From Actinomycetota bacterium (GTDB lineage Bacteria; Actinomycetota; Actinomycetes; S36-B12; UBA10799), in the NCBI GenBank assembly GCA_020637055.1, contig JACJWR010000003.1:393550-457549 (forward strand): DNA of 64,000 bases, given 5' to 3'. Below the pieces are notes generated by a model, which searched no databases, was not told where the DNA came from, and was given only the letters and a program-made list of their open reading frames with translations. The translations under genes were made by a program, and so were the position numbers. Positions 1 through 9,548 of the stretch are shown piece by piece. Position 1 is the first letter of the stretch, and every line of letters starts with the position of its first letter.

Positions 1-552
1 CGTGGTGAGGATGCCCAGCACACCCCCGGCCACGTTCGATGCCCAACTCGCTATCTGCGTGGTGGAGATGTTGAACTGCTTGGCGATGGCGTTGGGATCG
101 ATATCCCGCTCAAACGTCCGGCTGGCCCAATCGGCGGCCCGGTCGATGATGGTCGGTACCTCTTGGATCAGTTGCGACAGTTGCGCCACCAGGAGGCCAC
201 CGAAAGCCGCGATGAAAGCGATTGCCAGCAGCACGAAGGCAACCATGGCGATTCCGGTCGCCAGACCGCGGCGCATGCCACGGCGGGACAACCAGCCGAC
301 GATCGGTTCCAGTGCCACGCCGAACAACCAAGCCAGCAGGAGCAGGAAGAGGAACGAGGCGATGCTCTCGAAGACCCAGATGCCGATGCTGAACACGATG
401 AGCAGGCCCAGCACGATCATCACGGATCGTCGCAGGCGTTTCGGTTCGAACGCCACCAACTGCACCGGCGGTTCCGCATCCCCGGGTGTCGTCGGGGTGA
501 GGGCAGGGCCACCGGATGTGTCGACGTCGGGTGGCAGCTCGTCAGCAGGCAT
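1..552 (-). CDS. AI-2E family transporter (PerM-like), N-terminal part; the gene runs off the window start
   Basis: My own minus-strand translation from the ATG (complement of 550-552) reads MPADELPPDVDTSGG...RRSVMIVLGLLIVFSIGIWVFESIASFLFLLLLAWLFGVALEPIVGWLSRRGMRRGLATGIAMVAFVLL and stays open to position 1. The multi-TM pattern fits AI-2E permeases. The listed + ORF 2..640 is its antisense shadow. Confidence 0.65.
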   Translation of the reverse strand, partial: MPADELPPDVDTSGGPALTPTTPGDAEPPVQLVAFEPKRLRRSVMIVLGLLIVFSIGIWVFESIASFLFLLLLAWLFGVALEPIVGWLSRRGMRRGLATGIAMVAFVLLAIAFIAAFGGLLVAQLSQLIQEVPTIIDRAADWASRTFERDIDPNAIAKQFNISTTQIASWASNVAGGVLGILTT

Positions 553-620
553 GCGGCTGATTGTGCCGCACCCGCGAGTGCCGTGTCCGAAACTCATCCT
601 CCGAGTAGGACACTGGATCC

Positions 621-1361
621 ATGCCTCTGGTCCGGGATGAAGCGGTGGTGCTGCGGTGCCACAAACTCGGCGAGGCGGATCGGATCATCAGCCTGTTGAC
701 CAGGGACCGCGGCCGGGTCCGGGCGGTGGCCAAGGGTGTCAGGCGCACGACGAGTGGATTCGGTGCCCGACTCGAACCGCTCGGCCACGTCGACATCCAG
801 TTCCACACCGGCAAATCCCTGGAGATCGTCACCCAGGTCGAGTCGTTGCACTCCTACGGCAACGCGCTCGCCCAGGACTACGGCCGGTGGACGGCGGGTC
901 AGGCGATGGTCGAGGCGAGCGAGAAGTTGACCCCGGAGGAGGGCCATCCGGCAGTGCAGCAGTACCTGCTGTTGGTCGGCGGATTGCGGGCGCTGGTGGC
1001 GCGCCGGCACGACCACGGTCTGATCCTCGACGCCTTCCTGCTGCGTTCGCTGGCCGTCGGCGGGTGGGCGCCGACGTTCGACGCCTGCGCCCGGTGTGGT
1101 CGGCCGGGCCCGCACCGGGCGTTCCATTTCGGGGCCGGCGGATCCCTGTGCGCCGACTGTCGGCTGCCGGGTGCGGCGGCACCCAGCCCGGCCGCGCTGA
1201 GCCTGATGGCGGCGCTGCTCACCGGTGAGTGGGAAGAGGCGGAACTCTTCGAACCCAAGGTGCGTCGGGAGGCGAGCGGACTGGTGGCGGCGTATGTGCA
1301 GTGGCATCTCGAGCACCGGCTGCGGGCGCTGCCGCTGGTGGACCGCACACCGGCAGACTGA
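621..1361 (+). CDS. recO: DNA repair protein RecO
   Basis: The N-terminus reads VRDEAVVLRCHKLGEADRIISLLTRDRGRVRAVAKGVRR, and there is a C-terminal zinc motif CARCG...CADC. Both are typical of RecO, and uppS follows as in many actinobacteria. Confidence 0.9.
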   Translation: MPLVRDEAVVLRCHKLGEADRIISLLTRDRGRVRAVAKGVRRTTSGFGARLEPLGHVDIQFHTGKSLEIVTQVESLHSYGNALAQDYGRWTAGQAMVEASEKLTPEEGHPAVQQYLLLVGGLRALVARRHDHGLILDAFLLRSLAVGGWAPTFDACARCGRPGPHRAFHFGAGGSLCADCRLPGAAAPSPAALSLMAALLTGEWEEAELFEPKVRREASGLVAAYVQWHLEHRLRALPLVDRTPAD

Positions 1362-1450
1362 GGGCATCCGGCGCAGCCGTGGGGAGGGGGCGTCCACAAG
1401 TTCCACGTCGCTACCCGGGTCTGCTGGGCTGCGGTGGCAGAATCGCCGGT

Positions 1451-2269
1451 ATGCCGGTCCGCCCCCCTTCGCCCCATGTCTCCGGGGCCCGGCCTCCTGA
1501 CATCCCGGCTGCCGAACTGCCCGAACACGTGGCCATCGTGATGGACGGAAACGGGCGCTGGGCCCATCAACGCGGCCTCCCACGTACGGCTGGCCACGAG
1601 GCGGGCGAGTTCGCCCTCTTCGACGTGGTCAACGGCGCCCTAGAGGTCGGTGTCAAGTGGCTGTCCGTCTACGCGTTCTCCACGGAGAACTGGCGCCGCT
1701 CCGCCGAGGAGGTGCGTTTCTTGATGGGCTTCAACCGCGATGTCGTGCGGCGGCGGCGCCAGGAGATGCACGAGATGGGGATCCGGGTGCGTTGGGCCGG
1801 TCGCACCGGGCGGCTGTGGCGAAGTGTCGTCTCGGAATTGCGCCAGACCGAAGAACTCACGGCGGGCAATTCGGAACTGAACCTGGTCATGTGCGTGAAC
1901 TACGGCGGCCGGGCCGAACTGGCCGACGCGATGGGTGCCATGGCCGCGGATGTCAGGGCCGGAAAGTTGAACCCGGGGCGAATCGACGAGCGCACGATCG
2001 AGCGCTACCTCTACGTGCCTGACATGCCGGACGTCGATCTCTTCGTCCGCTCCAGCGGTGAGCAGCGCACGAGCAACTTCCTGCTGTGGGAGGCGGCGTA
2101 CGCCGAGTTCGTCTTCCTCGACACCCTGTGGCCCGACTTCGACCGCACCCACTTCTGGCACGCACTGGAGTTGTACGCCGCTCGGGACCGCCGCTACGGC
2201 GGTGCGCCGCCGGTGGCCCCGCCGCCGGCGCACCCGCGGGTCGATCAGTTGCCGGGGCGGGAACAGTGA
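1451..2269 (+). CDS. uppS: isoprenyl transferase / undecaprenyl-diphosphate synthase
   Basis: Motifs HVAIVMDGNGRWA, YAFSTENWRR and RSSGEQRTSNFLLWEAAYAEF are present. I set the start at the internal ATG 1451, because the upstream part of ORF 1229..2269 is a low-complexity Ala/Gly/Arg extension. Confidence 0.9.
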   Translation: MPVRPPSPHVSGARPPDIPAAELPEHVAIVMDGNGRWAHQRGLPRTAGHEAGEFALFDVVNGALEVGVKWLSVYAFSTENWRRSAEEVRFLMGFNRDVVRRRRQEMHEMGIRVRWAGRTGRLWRSVVSELRQTEELTAGNSELNLVMCVNYGGRAELADAMGAMAADVRAGKLNPGRIDERTIERYLYVPDMPDVDLFVRSSGEQRTSNFLLWEAAYAEFVFLDTLWPDFDRTHFWHALELYAARDRRYGGAPPVAPPPAHPRVDQLPGREQ

Positions 2270-3264
2270 CGCTCACCGATCCGGCCAAGTCGGCCGCCGG
2301 TTCCACCCAGCGGCGCTGGCGCCCGGGCGCGCTCGAGGTGTTGACGGTGGGCATGCTGGCCGTCCTGGTCGGTCAGCGTTGGATCGTGGGCCTTTTCGAT
2401 TCGCCCCGTCTCCAGGCCGGCGCCACCATCTTCGTCTCGATCATCGTCCAGGCGTTGCCGTTCCTGGTCGTCGGCGTGGTCCTCTCCGGAGCGATCGCAG
2501 CCTTCGTGCCCGCGACGTTCTGGCAACGGGTCCTGCCCAAGAAGCCTGGCCTGGCCGTGCCGGTTGCCGGGTGTGCGGGTGCGGTGCTGCCGGGTTGTGA
2601 ATGCGCTTCGGTGCCGGTCGCTGGTGGGCTGATCGCCCGGGGTGTGGCGCCGGCGGCGGCGCTGGCGTTCCTGCTGTCGGCGCCTGCCATCAACCCGATC
2701 GTGATCATCTCCACCGTGGTGGCTTTCCCGAACGATCCGATGATGGCCGCTGCGCGCTTCCTCGCGTCGCTGGCGGCGGCGGTGGTGATCGGGTGGCTCT
2801 GGCTGCGTTTGGGCAACGACTCCTGGATCCGAATGCCCCGCCGGGACCACCTGGTCGGCAACACCGATTGGCACACCTTCAGGCTCACCGCCACCCACGA
2901 TTTCCTACACGCGGGCGGCTACTTGGTGGTGGGAGGGCTCACCGCAGCCGTGCTCAATGTCGTCGTTCCGCGTGGGATCTTGCAGACGGTGGCCGACAAC
3001 CCGGTGCTCGCGGTGGTGGCCATGGCGGGTTTGGCCGTGGTGCTGAGCATCTGCTCGGAGGCGGATGCGTTCGTTGCGGCATCGCTCACCGAGTTCTCGT
3101 TGACCTCTCGACTGGTGTTCCTGGTGGTGGGTCCCATGGTCGATCTGAAGTTGATCGCGATGCAGAGCGGCACCTTCGGGCGGGTGTTCGCGACCCGATT
3201 CGCGCCCACCACGTTGGTGGTGGCCGTGCTCTCGGCCGTGCTGGTGGGCTGGTGGTTGCTGTGA
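2266..3264 (+). CDS. permease (UPF0718/YraQ-like family)
   Basis: Polytopic membrane protein with a CECASVP motif. The GTG start overlaps the uppS stop (GTGA). Confidence 0.7.
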   Translation: MTLTDPAKSAAGSTQRRWRPGALEVLTVGMLAVLVGQRWIVGLFDSPRLQAGATIFVSIIVQALPFLVVGVVLSGAIAAFVPATFWQRVLPKKPGLAVPVAGCAGAVLPGCECASVPVAGGLIARGVAPAAALAFLLSAPAINPIVIISTVVAFPNDPMMAAARFLASLAAAVVIGWLWLRLGNDSWIRMPRRDHLVGNTDWHTFRLTATHDFLHAGGYLVVGGLTAAVLNVVVPRGILQTVADNPVLAVVAMAGLAVVLSICSEADAFVAASLTEFSLTSRLVFLVVGPMVDLKLIAMQSGTFGRVFATRFAPTTLVVAVLSAVLVGWWLL

Positions 3265-3998
3265 AACGGGAAGTCCAAGGCGTGTTGCTCATCCTGGTCG
3301 GCGGCGCGATCGCGCGGATCGTCATCAGCGGGGCCTACATCAACTACGTGAAACCCTCGATGAAGCCGTACCTCTACGTGTCCGCGGCGATCCTGCTCGC
3401 GCTCGGGGTCTTGGCCCTGTACGACGCGGTTCGGGCCCCACGAACGAACGTGGCCCGGGTGGGCGCCGGCGCCGGGCACGACCATGACGACGGCCATGGA
3501 CACGGTTCGATGGGCGTTGCCTGGTTGTTGCTGCTACCGGTCGCAGCCGTCTTCCTCGTCGCACCCGGCCCGCTCGGGGCCTACACTGCGACCCGCGAGG
3601 CGTCCAGCGTCTCGCAGCCCAAGGCGGGCGAATTGATGCCGCCGTTGCCGCCGGGTGATCCGGTTCCGGTGCCGTTGGACTCCTACGCCACCAGAGCCGT
3701 GTGGGACGACGGGCGCACGCTGGAGGGTCGAACCGTGGAGTTGATCGGCTTCGTCGCGCCCTCCCCGGAGGGGGACGGTTGGCAATTGACCCGGTTGGCG
3801 CTGGCGTGCTGTGCGGCCGACACGGTGCCGGTCAAGGTCCAGCCGGTCGGCGACGTGCCCGACCTGCCGGCGAACACCTGGGTGGCCGTGACCGGGCGCT
3901 ATCAGCCCGGCGGCGGAACCCAATCGGCTACCGCAGTTCCGTGGGTCGAGGTGGATCGAATCGTACCCATCCAGCCACCGGCGGAGCCGTACCTCTGA
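3261..3998 (+). CDS. TIGR03943-like membrane protein, partner of the upstream permease
   Basis: The GTG start overlaps the permease stop (GTGA). It has two N-terminal TM segments, a His/Asp-rich loop (GHDHDDGHGHG) and a C-terminal soluble domain with an ACCAAD motif. This pairing is the known two-component permease arrangement. Confidence 0.65.
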   Translation: MKREVQGVLLILVGGAIARIVISGAYINYVKPSMKPYLYVSAAILLALGVLALYDAVRAPRTNVARVGAGAGHDHDDGHGHGSMGVAWLLLLPVAAVFLVAPGPLGAYTATREASSVSQPKAGELMPPLPPGDPVPVPLDSYATRAVWDDGRTLEGRTVELIGFVAPSPEGDGWQLTRLALACCAADTVPVKVQPVGDVPDLPANTWVAVTGRYQPGGGTQSATAVPWVEVDRIVPIQPPAEPYL

Positions 3999-4031
3999 CG
4001 ATTCCTCGGGCAGCTGCGCCCGGGAGTCAAC

Positions 4032-4412
4032 TCAGGTCCAGCCCATGAGTTTCATGACGCCGACAACAGCCACCACCCCGATGACGATCACCCGGAACGC
4101 ACGCGAACTCGGCATGATCACCGGCCACGACAGCACCAGCAGCCAACCGAGGAAGACGGCGATCGCGATGATGAAGATGCCGGCCCAGGCCGCTTGGATG
4201 AACAGGCCCAGCAGCAGCAGGATCCCCATCACCACCGGGATCAGCCACCGGGGCATGCGATGCAGCACCAGCAGCGGACCGGCCGACTTGCGCTCCAACG
4301 CCCGCCTGGCCTCGGAGGTCTGCCGCGGAGGTGCCTGCTGCGGCTTGCCCGAGAGGGGTCGCTGGCTCGACGCAGGGCGACGATTCGTCGGCTTCTTGCG
4401 CTTCTTCGACAT
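4032..4412 (-). CDS. small membrane protein, unknown function
   Basis: From the internal ATG: MSKKRKKPTNRRP..., followed by two or three hydrophobic helices. The longer listed ORF (to 4865) would overlap the convergent + gene and looks like an artefactual extension. Confidence 0.5.
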   Translation of the reverse strand: MSKKRKKPTNRRPASSQRPLSGKPQQAPPRQTSEARRALERKSAGPLLVLHRMPRWLIPVVMGILLLLGLFIQAAWAGIFIIAIAVFLGWLLVLSWPVIMPSSRAFRVIVIGVVAVVGVMKLMGWT

Positions 4413-4508
4413 GAACTCAATGGTGAACCAAGGAACAGCGCAGCGCGCATCCGGGTCGAACCGCCGACCCGGAGTGGTGCCACACGAGGCCTGGAAGGGT
4501 GGTTCGAC

Positions 4509-4859
4509 GTGTTGGTGGTGACTCGTCACGTGGTTCGGGCGGCCGAACAGGAGGCCTTCCGCGAGGCGGCCGAAGCAGCCTGCGAGGTGCTGCAACGACA
4601 GCCGGGCTGCCGCGCTGTTCAGGTGGCACGGGCTATCGATGATGCGACGGTGTATCTGCTGGTCAGCAGTTGGAAAGACGTGGGGTCGTACCGGCGCGCG
4701 CTGAGCAATTTCGACGTCAAGATGGCTGCGGTCCCGGTGCTCGCCAGCGCGTCCGACGAAGTGAGTGCTTTCGAGGTGCTCTCCGCGAGGACTCCGGCCG
4801 GACACGAGGTGAACGAGTCCGACTTGGCGCCAGACGCGGACACCGCCGGACCGGCTTGA
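4509..4859 (+). CDS. antibiotic biosynthesis monooxygenase (ABM)-like small protein
   Basis: The sequence VLVVTRHVV...EAFREAAEAACEVLQRQPGCRAVQVARAIDDATVYLLVSSWKDVGSYRRAL has the ABM/Dabb fold pattern. The start is uncertain (GTG 4509, TTG 4512 or GTG 4515). Confidence 0.5.
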   Translation: MLVVTRHVVRAAEQEAFREAAEAACEVLQRQPGCRAVQVARAIDDATVYLLVSSWKDVGSYRRALSNFDVKMAAVPVLASASDEVSAFEVLSARTPAGHEVNESDLAPDADTAGPA

Positions 4860-4932
4860 GGGCACTCGGTAGCCTAGGGGGTCGGACCGTCAGGCAGACG
4901 GGCACCTCGACGAGCCCGCAAGGAGAGCATCA

Positions 4933-6295
4933 GTGGCCGCAGACCGGGTGGACGCCGTCGTCAACCTCAGCAAACGTCGGGGCTTCGTGTTCCAGTCCTC
5001 GGAGATCTACGGCGGAAGCCGTTCGGCCTGGGACTACGGGCCGCTGGGGGTGGAGCTGAAGGAGAACATCAAGAAGCAGTGGTGGCAACGCGTGGTGCGG
5101 GGTCGCGAGGACGTCGTCGGACTGGACAGCGCGGTGATCCTGGCACCGCAGGTGTGGAAGGCGTCTGGCCACCTCGAGGCTTTCAGCGATCCGCTGACGG
5201 AGTGCCGGAAGTGTCACCGCCGGTACCGGGCCGACCAACTGCTGGAGGAGTACGAAGAGCGCAAGGGTCGGCCGGGCACGCTCGAGGATGTGGTCTGCGT
5301 CAACTGCGGCACCCGGGGCGACTTCACCGAACCGCGCGACTTCAACGGCATGTTGCGCACCATGGTCGGCCCGGTCCAGGACGCCGGCGCCGAGCACTTC
5401 CTGCGTCCGGAGACCGCGCAGGGAATCTTCGTCAACTACCTCAACGTGATGAACGCCGCCCGCCGCAAGCCGCCGTTCGGGATCGGGCAGACCGGCAAGT
5501 CCTTCCGCAATGAGATCACTCCCGGCAACTTCATCTTCCGCACGCGGGAGTTCGAGCAGATGGAGATGGAGTTCTTCGTCCAGCCCGGCACCGACGAGGA
5601 ATGGCACGAGTACTGGCTGCAGAACCGCTGGGACTGGTACGTGGATCTGGGTATCGACCCCGGGAACCTGCGCTACTTCGAACACCCCCAGGAAGCGCTG
5701 TCCCACTACTCCAAGCGCACCGTCGACATCGAATACCGCTTCCAGTTCGCCGGGTCCGAGTGGGCCGAGCTCGAGGGGATCGCCAATCGCACGGACTTCG
5801 ACCTGAAGACGCACTCCGAACATTCCGGGACCGATCTGGCCCCAATCAGGGAGACATCGACCCGGTGGGTGCCCTACGTCATCGAACCCGCCGGTCTGAC
5901 CCGATATTGCTCGCCTTCCTGCTCGACGCCTATGACGTCGACTCAGCGCCTGCACCAAAGGCGGCGTGGCACCCGAACGGTGATGCGCTTCGATCCGCGA
6001 CTCGCAGTGAAGAGCCGTGCTGCCGGTGAGCCGGCACGCCGACCTCTCGCCGGTCGCCCGCGACCTCGCCGCGGAACTGCGTACTCAGTGGAACGTGGAC
6101 TTCGACGACGCCGGGCAGATCGGTCGTCGCTACCGCCGCCAGGACGAGATCGGTACGCCGTTCTGTGTCACCGTCGACTTCGACACCCTCGACGACAATG
6201 CGGTCACCGTCCGCGAGCGCGACACGATGCACCAGGAACGGGTGAGCCTGGACGCGGTCACGAGTTGGCTGGCTGATCGGTTGCCCGCCAGTTGA
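4933..6295 (+). pseudogene. glyQS: glycine--tRNA ligase (class II, dimeric type); the frame is interrupted several times between about 5840 and 6016
   Basis: The N-terminal 300 aa are a clear GlyRS ([16 protein letters not shown]..., [25 protein letters not shown]). The homologous reading then jumps between frames: [19 protein letters not shown] (frame 0), GGVAPER (frame 2), [12 protein letters not shown] (frame 1), then [12 protein letters not shown]...[11 protein letters not shown] (frame 2, ORF 6017..6295). Confidence 0.85.
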
Positions 6296-7491
6296 CCGGA
6301 GCGGCCGCCACCACGGAAACCCGGACGAGCGCACCACTGCGACTCGGCCGGTACACGCTGCCCGTTCCGGTCGTGCTCGCCCCCATGGCGGGTGTCACGA
6401 ACCGGGCCTTTCGACGGTTGTGCCGGGAGCAGGGGGGCGGGTTGTTCGTCTCCGAGATGGTGACGAGCCGGGCATTGGTGGAACGCAATGCCGAAACCTT
6501 GCGGATGTGCACGTTCGACTCCGATGAGCGACCGCGGAGCATCCAGCTCTACGGCGTCGATCCCGACACCGTGGCCGATGCGGTACGGATCGTGGTCGGT
6601 GAAGGCATGGCCGACCACATCGACCTCAACATGGGGTGCCCGGTGCCGAAAGTGACCCGCAAAGGCGGTGGTGCGGCGCTGCCCTGGAAGGTCGACTTGT
6701 TCGAGGCCATCTGCAACGCCGCGGTAGGTGCCGCCGCAGACACGGCCAGAGCCGTCGGCGTCCCCGAACCCCCGGTGACGGTGAAGATGCGCATGGGCAT
6801 CGACGACGACCACCTCACCTACGTGCGGGCAGGTCATATCGCTGCAAGGGCCGGAATGGCCTGGGTGGCTCTGCATGCACGTACGGCGCAGCAGTCCTAC
6901 AGCGGCACCGCCCGGTGGGAGGCCATCGCGACCCTGACCGAGGAGTTGCGGCCGTACGGCGTCGGAGTGCTGGGCAACGGTGACATCTGGACTGCGGCCG
7001 ATGCCGTGCGGATGGTCGAACAGACCGGTTGCTCCGGCGTCGTGGTCGGACGCGGCTGTCTCGGACGGCCGTGGCTGTTCAGTCAACTCTCGGCCGCCTT
7101 CGAAGGTCGCCAGCCGCCGACGGATCCCGACTTGGGACAGGTCGTCGCGCTCATGCGCCGACACCTGGAGTTGCTTGCCGAGGTGCTCGGTGAGGAACGG
7201 GGGGCGCGCGACTTCCGCAAACACATCGCCTGGTACTTCAAAGGCTTCCGGGTGGCCCATCATGTGCGGGTCGGCCTGGCCAACGTCAGCGACCTCGCGG
7301 AGTTCGACCGCCTGACCGCCCAGATCGACCTGGATCAGGAATTCCCCGCCGACATGGCCGGCCGCCCCAGGGGCCGAACGTCGGGTGGCCGTCCGGTGAG
7401 CCTGCCCGCCGGATGGCTGGACAGCCCATTCACAGACGTGTCCCAACGCCAGACGGTGGCAGCCGCGGAGTGCTTCTCCTCAGGGGGGTAG
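6292..7491 (+). CDS. dus: tRNA-dihydrouridine synthase
   Basis: Motifs [41 protein letters not shown] and GNGDIW are typical of the Dus family. Confidence 0.85.
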   Translation: MTGAAATTETRTSAPLRLGRYTLPVPVVLAPMAGVTNRAFRRLCREQGGGLFVSEMVTSRALVERNAETLRMCTFDSDERPRSIQLYGVDPDTVADAVRIVVGEGMADHIDLNMGCPVPKVTRKGGGAALPWKVDLFEAICNAAVGAAADTARAVGVPEPPVTVKMRMGIDDDHLTYVRAGHIAARAGMAWVALHARTAQQSYSGTARWEAIATLTEELRPYGVGVLGNGDIWTAADAVRMVEQTGCSGVVVGRGCLGRPWLFSQLSAAFEGRQPPTDPDLGQVVALMRRHLELLAEVLGEERGARDFRKHIAWYFKGFRVAHHVRVGLANVSDLAEFDRLTAQIDLDQEFPADMAGRPRGRTSGGRPVSLPAGWLDSPFTDVSQRQTVAAAECFSSGG

Positions 7492-7583
7492 GATCGCCCC
7501 GGTAGGGGGATTCTTTTCTCGAATCATGTAAGTCTCGCGCGCGCCGGGGTTCGGCACTTGCGCCTCGGTGTCACAATGCAGGA

Positions 7584-8279
7584 GTGACCATGTCGGCTGA
7601 GCTTGCACACGCGCACGCGGCGCGTGCCCGCAAGCATGCACCGCCGCCACCGCGGCGTGGCTGGGCGACCGCAGTGGGCCTACTGCTCGCCGCGCTGCTC
7701 CTGGTCGCCGCAGTCGTACCTTTCGCCGCCGCCGCGCATGTGGTGCGGATGTCGTCGAGTCAGGTCGCCACGGGCACGGATGCCATCGTGGTGCTCGGGG
7801 CGGCGCAGTTCAACGGCACCCCGTCGCCGGTGTTCGCCAACCGGCTGGACCACGCGGCCGAGCTCTATCGGGACGGGGTTGCGCCGACCGTGATCACGGT
7901 CGGCGGGAACCAGCCCGGTGACCTCTACACCGAGGCCGAGGCGGGGAAGATGTACCTCGAGGAGTCCGGTGTTCCGGCGGAGAACGTGATCGCCGTTCCT
8001 GCCGGAGAGGACACCCTGACCTCCCTTACGGCCGTCGCCGAGGAGATGGCCGATCGGGGTTGGTCGAGCATCACGGTGGTGAGCGACCCCACCCACATGG
8101 CCCGGTCCTTGGCCATCGCCGATCGGCTCGGCATGGTGGCCCAGCCGAACGCCACCGAACTCGGCGATGGAGCCGACGTCACCGCCGAGTACGTCGCCCG
8201 GGAAACCGTGGGGTACCTGTACTTCGTGTTCGCGGGGCAATGGTCGGTGGACCGGATCATCCCGACTGCGGTCGGCTAG
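7584..8279 (+). CDS. YdcF/DUF218 (ElyC/SanA-like) family protein
   Basis: It has an N-terminal TM segment followed by DAIVVLGAAQFNG.PSPVFANRLDHAAELY...VITVGG, the DUF218 pattern. Confidence 0.7.
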   Translation: MTMSAELAHAHAARARKHAPPPPRRGWATAVGLLLAALLLVAAVVPFAAAAHVVRMSSSQVATGTDAIVVLGAAQFNGTPSPVFANRLDHAAELYRDGVAPTVITVGGNQPGDLYTEAEAGKMYLEESGVPAENVIAVPAGEDTLTSLTAVAEEMADRGWSSITVVSDPTHMARSLAIADRLGMVAQPNATELGDGADVTAEYVARETVGYLYFVFAGQWSVDRIIPTAVG

Positions 8280-8305
8280 TCGAACCCCACCTGGCGACCG
8301 CCGGT

Positions 8306-9529
8306 ATGCGGACCTCTGAATATTCGTCGGCGGATGCCGAGCGGCGTGCGCCGGAGCGGCCGAAACGACCTGTGCGCGATCCCTTCCGCCGGGACCGGGC
8401 GCGGGTGCTGCACAGTTGGGCGTTGCGCCGCCTGGCCGACAAGACCCAGGTGCTGCTCCCGGGGGAGTCCGATTTCCCACGCACCAGGCTGACTCACACC
8501 CTGGAAGTGTCCCAGGTCGCCCGCGAGATGGGTGATGAACTCGGCTGCGACCCGGATATCGTCGACACCGCCGGCCTCTGCCACGATCTCGGCCATCCGC
8601 CGTTCGGACACAACGGGGAGTCCGCGCTCGATTCGGTGGCGGCCGCCATCGGTGGCTTCGAGGGCAACGCGCAGAGCTTCCGGGTGCTCACGAGGTTGGA
8701 GCCCAAGGTCATTGTGAAGGGTCGGTCGATGGGGCTCAACCTCACCCGTGCCTCGCTCGACGCCATGCTCAAGTACCCGTGGTTCCGGCGTCCCGATTCG
8801 GTGAAGTTCAACGCCTACGCCGACGACGCCGAGGCCTTCGAATGGGTCCGTCGGGGGGCGCCGGTCGGCCGCCCGAGTCTGGAAGCCCAAGTGATGGATT
8901 GGGCCGATGACGTGGCCTACTCCGTGCACGACGTGGAGGATGCGCTCTATTCGGGATTCATTTCGCCGGAGCAGTTGCAGCCGGGGCCGGAGATGGAGCG
9001 CGTTGTCGCGGTGGCGGCCGAGCAGTCGGGCCCCGAGGTGGATGTGGCAGATGTGGTGCAGGCGCACGCCCGTCTGCGCGCCCTGCCCCAGTGGCCGACG
9101 GCGTTCGACCACACCTCGTCATCGTTGGCCGCCCTGAAGGCGTTCACCAGCACCATGATCGGCCGACTCTCGGCCGCTGCGGTCGATCACACCCTGGCGG
9201 CGGCCGCGGGTGGTCCGGTGGCCAGGTACCAGGCTGATCTGGTGGTGCCGCGGGAGCAGCGGGCGGAGGTCGCGCTGCTGAAGGCTGTCTCCAGCCACTT
9301 CGTCTTCAACCGACCCGGGGTGAGCCCGTTGTACGACGATCAGCGCGCGTTGCTCATCGATCTTGTCTCCGTCCTCAGAGAAGGGGCGCCGGATGCGCTG
9401 CATCCGATGTTCGCCGAACTCTGGCGGGAGGCACCGGGTGAGGAGGCGAGGTTCCGGGTGGTGATCGATCAAGTCGCCTCCTTGACCGATGTCTCCGCTG
9501 TGCGTTGGCACCGACGCCTGGTCGGCTGA
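8306..9529 (+). CDS. dgt: dGTP triphosphohydrolase-like HD-domain protein
   Basis: Motifs FRRDRARVLHS.ALRRLADKTQV, TRLTHTLEVSQVAR and HDLGHPPFGH are present. Start set at ATG 8306. The gene sits upstream of dnaG as usual. Confidence 0.85.
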   Translation: MRTSEYSSADAERRAPERPKRPVRDPFRRDRARVLHSWALRRLADKTQVLLPGESDFPRTRLTHTLEVSQVAREMGDELGCDPDIVDTAGLCHDLGHPPFGHNGESALDSVAAAIGGFEGNAQSFRVLTRLEPKVIVKGRSMGLNLTRASLDAMLKYPWFRRPDSVKFNAYADDAEAFEWVRRGAPVGRPSLEAQVMDWADDVAYSVHDVEDALYSGFISPEQLQPGPEMERVVAVAAEQSGPEVDVADVVQAHARLRALPQWPTAFDHTSSSLAALKAFTSTMIGRLSAAAVDHTLAAAAGGPVARYQADLVVPREQRAEVALLKAVSSHFVFNRPGVSPLYDDQRALLIDLVSVLREGAPDALHPMFAELWREAPGEEARFRVVIDQVASLTDVSAVRWHRRLVG

Positions 9530-9548
9530 TCGACGTAGGATCGTTGCC

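Noticed and set aside
2-640. A 212-aa + ORF at the window start
   Set aside because: Its composition is Arg/Ser/Thr/Pro-rich and looks unlike a real protein. The opposite strand encodes a convincing AI-2E permease N-terminus. It is a typical antisense shadow ORF of a high-GC genome.
1229-1450. The N-terminal extension of the uppS ORF
   Set aside because: It is a low-complexity Gly/Ala/Arg stretch that overlaps the recO 3' end. The conserved UPPS sequence begins shortly after ATG 1451.
4032-4865. The full 277-aa minus ORF
   Set aside because: Its N-terminal 150 aa overlap the ABM-like + gene and are Arg/His-rich. The membrane-protein part starts at the internal ATG 4412.
4860-4932. A T-box or other leader upstream of glyQS
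   Set aside because: The spacer is only about 70 nt, which is far too short for a T-box, and it contains no specifier or T-box sequence.
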